Shown here in pieces: positions 36,236-37,691 of a stretch of 37,691 nt of DNA; within the stretch, counting starts at the first letter, position 1; every line of letters begins with the position of its first letter. The stretch covers positions 1-37,691 of IMG/VR virus record IMGVR_UViG_2751185969_000015, one strand, 5' to 3'. The notes below the pieces were generated by a model. It was not told the DNA's origin, ran no database searches, and was given only the letters and a program-made list of their open reading frames with translations. The DNA comes from a virus (lineage: Duplodnaviria; Heunggongvirae; Uroviricota; Caudoviricetes). A program made the translations under genes and the position numbers.

Positions 36236-37165
36236 ATGGAACTGGCACGGATTGCACTGGCATCGCTGGAAGCAGAGCCTGTTCTGTATCAGTCCTGCAC
36301 TCGCCCCACTTGGAATAGCGGTGTTCCGTGGACGGAATGGAAAGAACGAAGTCGTGAGTGCTACGAAGACGATTTGCGCTTTACAGACACGCCTGACCAT
36401 GCCGGTTGGATATACAAATGTCGAAAATTATATACCACTCCGCCAGCGCCGATAGCGTTAGAGGCCATCGAAAACGCAATTGAATACATCCGCAGTATCG
36501 CTTTTCACATCGATGAAGACGATTACCACGGCAAACATATTGCGTATTTCATGCGACAAGCATTGGCCTGGCTGGAAGGGCATTCATGCAGCGACGACAG
36601 GCTGGGTAAGGCCGACAATCAACCCGCATCTGGTAACCAGGCTGCCGAATCCAATCGCGGTAATGAGTGGACCGGCAATCCTGATATTGATAACGCCATC
36701 ATCATGCTCGACCGCATAGATACGGCGGAAAGTTGCGATGATGACCGTATTGAGGCCGTTAAGGCTGTGTTGCGTAGACTGGCAGGCAACTATCCGGATA
36801 TTCCGGATGGTTTATCCACGGTATGCGCTGAGGCTTATCAGGTTGTAGGAGTTATGGCAGATGCGCTTGGTGTATTCGGTGATGCAGCAGTACAGAAAGT
36901 TCTGGATAACCTGTCACAGCAAAAACTTGTTCACAGAGATGTGCTGCCGTTCTCGCTTCCGGTGACTCCGGATGGTTGGATAAGCTGTAGTGAGCGAATG
37001 CCGAACGACGCGCAGTGGTGCGTAGTTGACGCCGAAGACGGGTATTACGTGCAATGCTGGTCTAAAGGTCAAGGATGGCTTGGAGATGACATCAGCCTAC
37101 GTAATTGCGATGTAATCAGATGGATGCCTCTACCAGAGCCGCCGCAGGAGGTTAACCGTGGCTAA
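36236..37165 (+). CDS. DUF551-domain protein
   Basis: C-terminal ...DGWISCSERMPNDAQWCVVDAEDGYYVQCWSKGQGWLGDDISLRNCDVIRWMPLPEPP is the DUF551 signature. Start taken at the first in-frame ATG (36236); the track start at 36188 is TTG. Confidence 0.6.
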   Translation: MELARIALASLEAEPVLYQSCTRPTWNSGVPWTEWKERSRECYEDDLRFTDTPDHAGWIYKCRKLYTTPPAPIALEAIENAIEYIRSIAFHIDEDDYHGKHIAYFMRQALAWLEGHSCSDDRLGKADNQPASGNQAAESNRGNEWTGNPDIDNAIIMLDRIDTAESCDDDRIEAVKAVLRRLAGNYPDIPDGLSTVCAEAYQVVGVMADALGVFGDAAVQKVLDNLSQQKLVHRDVLPFSLPVTPDGWISCSERMPNDAQWCVVDAEDGYYVQCWSKGQGWLGDDISLRNCDVIRWMPLPEPPQEVNRG

Positions 37166-37265
37166 CCTTCAACTTGCCGTCAAAGGTGAATAACAATCCT
37201 CGCACTCGCGGGGATTTCTTTTATCTGAACTCGCTACGGCGAGTTTTGTTTTATGGAGATGATAA

Positions 37266-37433
37266 ATGCACTTCCGAGTCACAGGTGAATGGAATGGAGA
37301 ACCATTCAACAGAGTTATCGAAGCAGAGAACATCAACGACTGCTATGACCACTGGATGCTGTGGGCGCAGATAGCACATGCAGACGTAACCGATATTCGA
37401 ATTGAAGAACTGAAAGAACACCAAGCCGCCTGA
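37266..37433 (+). CDS. Small hypothetical protein (55 aa)
   Basis: Hand translation MHFRVTGEWNGEPFNRVIEAENINDCYDHWMLWAQIAHADVTDIRIEELKEHQAA with GGAG RBS; followed by a terminator. Preferred over the overlapping track ORF 37174..37374. Confidence 0.45.
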   Translation: MHFRVTGEWNGEPFNRVIEAENINDCYDHWMLWAQIAHADVTDIRIEELKEHQAA

Positions 37434-37449
37434 TGGCGGTTTTTTATTG
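37423..37449 (+). terminator. Rho-independent terminator upstream of the excisionase gene
   Basis: Hairpin GCCGCC-tgat-GGCGGT followed by TTTTTTATT. Confidence 0.65.
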
Positions 37450-37490
37450 CCTGATTTGCAGGTTCGATTCCCTATTCGGAGATAGCACTC

Positions 37491-37691
37491 ATGCAACACG
37501 AACTACAGCCTGATTCACTGGTTGATTTGAAATTCATCATGGCCGATACTGGCTTCGGTAAAACCTTCATCTATGACCGGATTAAGTCCGGCGACCTGCC
37601 AAAAGCCAAAGTTATCCACGGGCGAGCAAGATGGTTATATCGTGACCATTGTGAATTCAAAAATAAGCTCTTAAGCCGCGCCAATGGGTAA
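37491..37691 (+). CDS. AlpA-family excisionase / transcriptional regulator (putative Xis)
   Basis: 66-aa ORF ...LKFIMADTGFGKTFIYDRIKSGDLPKAKVIHGRARWLYRDHCEFKNK..., the winged-helix pattern of AlpA/Xis proteins; last gene before the expected integrase beyond the window. Confidence 0.65.
   Translation: MQHELQPDSLVDLKFIMADTGFGKTFIYDRIKSGDLPKAKVIHGRARWLYRDHCEFKNKLLSRANG

Noticed and set aside
37174-37374. 66-aa track ORF
   Set aside because: Lacks an RBS and overlaps a better candidate (37266..37433) that has a GGAG RBS and is followed by a terminator.
1-37691. CRISPR array, insertion sequence/transposase, integrase or att site
   Set aside because: No regularly spaced short repeats, no transposase-like ORF and no terminal inverted repeats were found; the integrase and att sites would lie beyond the right edge.

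Overview
The window is almost entirely a mosaic lambdoid (P22/Sf6-like) prophage, read from the 5' end of the tailspike gene at the left edge to an AlpA-type excisionase at the right edge. All calls are from reading the six-frame translations and the sequence by eye; no database search was run. Left to right: tailspike N-terminus (minus strand, truncated by the window), a P22-type immI region (ant, arc, mnt with recognisable Arc and Mnt operators) carrying an extra 73-aa ORF between arc and ant, then an inserted regulatory module, then a P22/Sf6-like morphogenetic block on the minus strand (ejection proteins, gp14, tail needle, gp10, gp4, coat, scaffold, portal, large and small terminase). This is followed by lambda-type lysis genes (Rz/Rz1, R, S), two tandem tRNA genes, a phage-82/P22-type Q antiterminator, a nin region (NinH, RusA, YbcO-like, Rha-like antirepressor, NinF, NinE, NinB), lambda-type ren, P and O with the ori-lambda iterons, a hybrid cII, cro, and a hybrid cI that has a lambda CI C-terminal domain on a different N-terminal DNA-binding domain. 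Rightward of cI lie the PL-like promoter with nutL, N, sieB (opposite strand), orf28, ral, cIII, kil/arf-like genes, erf, an SSB-like gene, a tandem paralog array sharing a 319-bp direct repeat, a DUF551 protein and the excisionase. The strongest candidate for an undescribed system is an AT-rich, overlapping two-gene cassette (29128..30434) sitting directly downstream of cI in the position lambda uses for rexAB, with no terminator before it and a strong one after it. A second candidate is the inserted module at 2498..5660: a CI-like S24 regulator whose nucleophile serine is replaced by alanine, co-transcribed with a membrane protein and divergent from an RHH / Bro-N / antirepressor-like operon.
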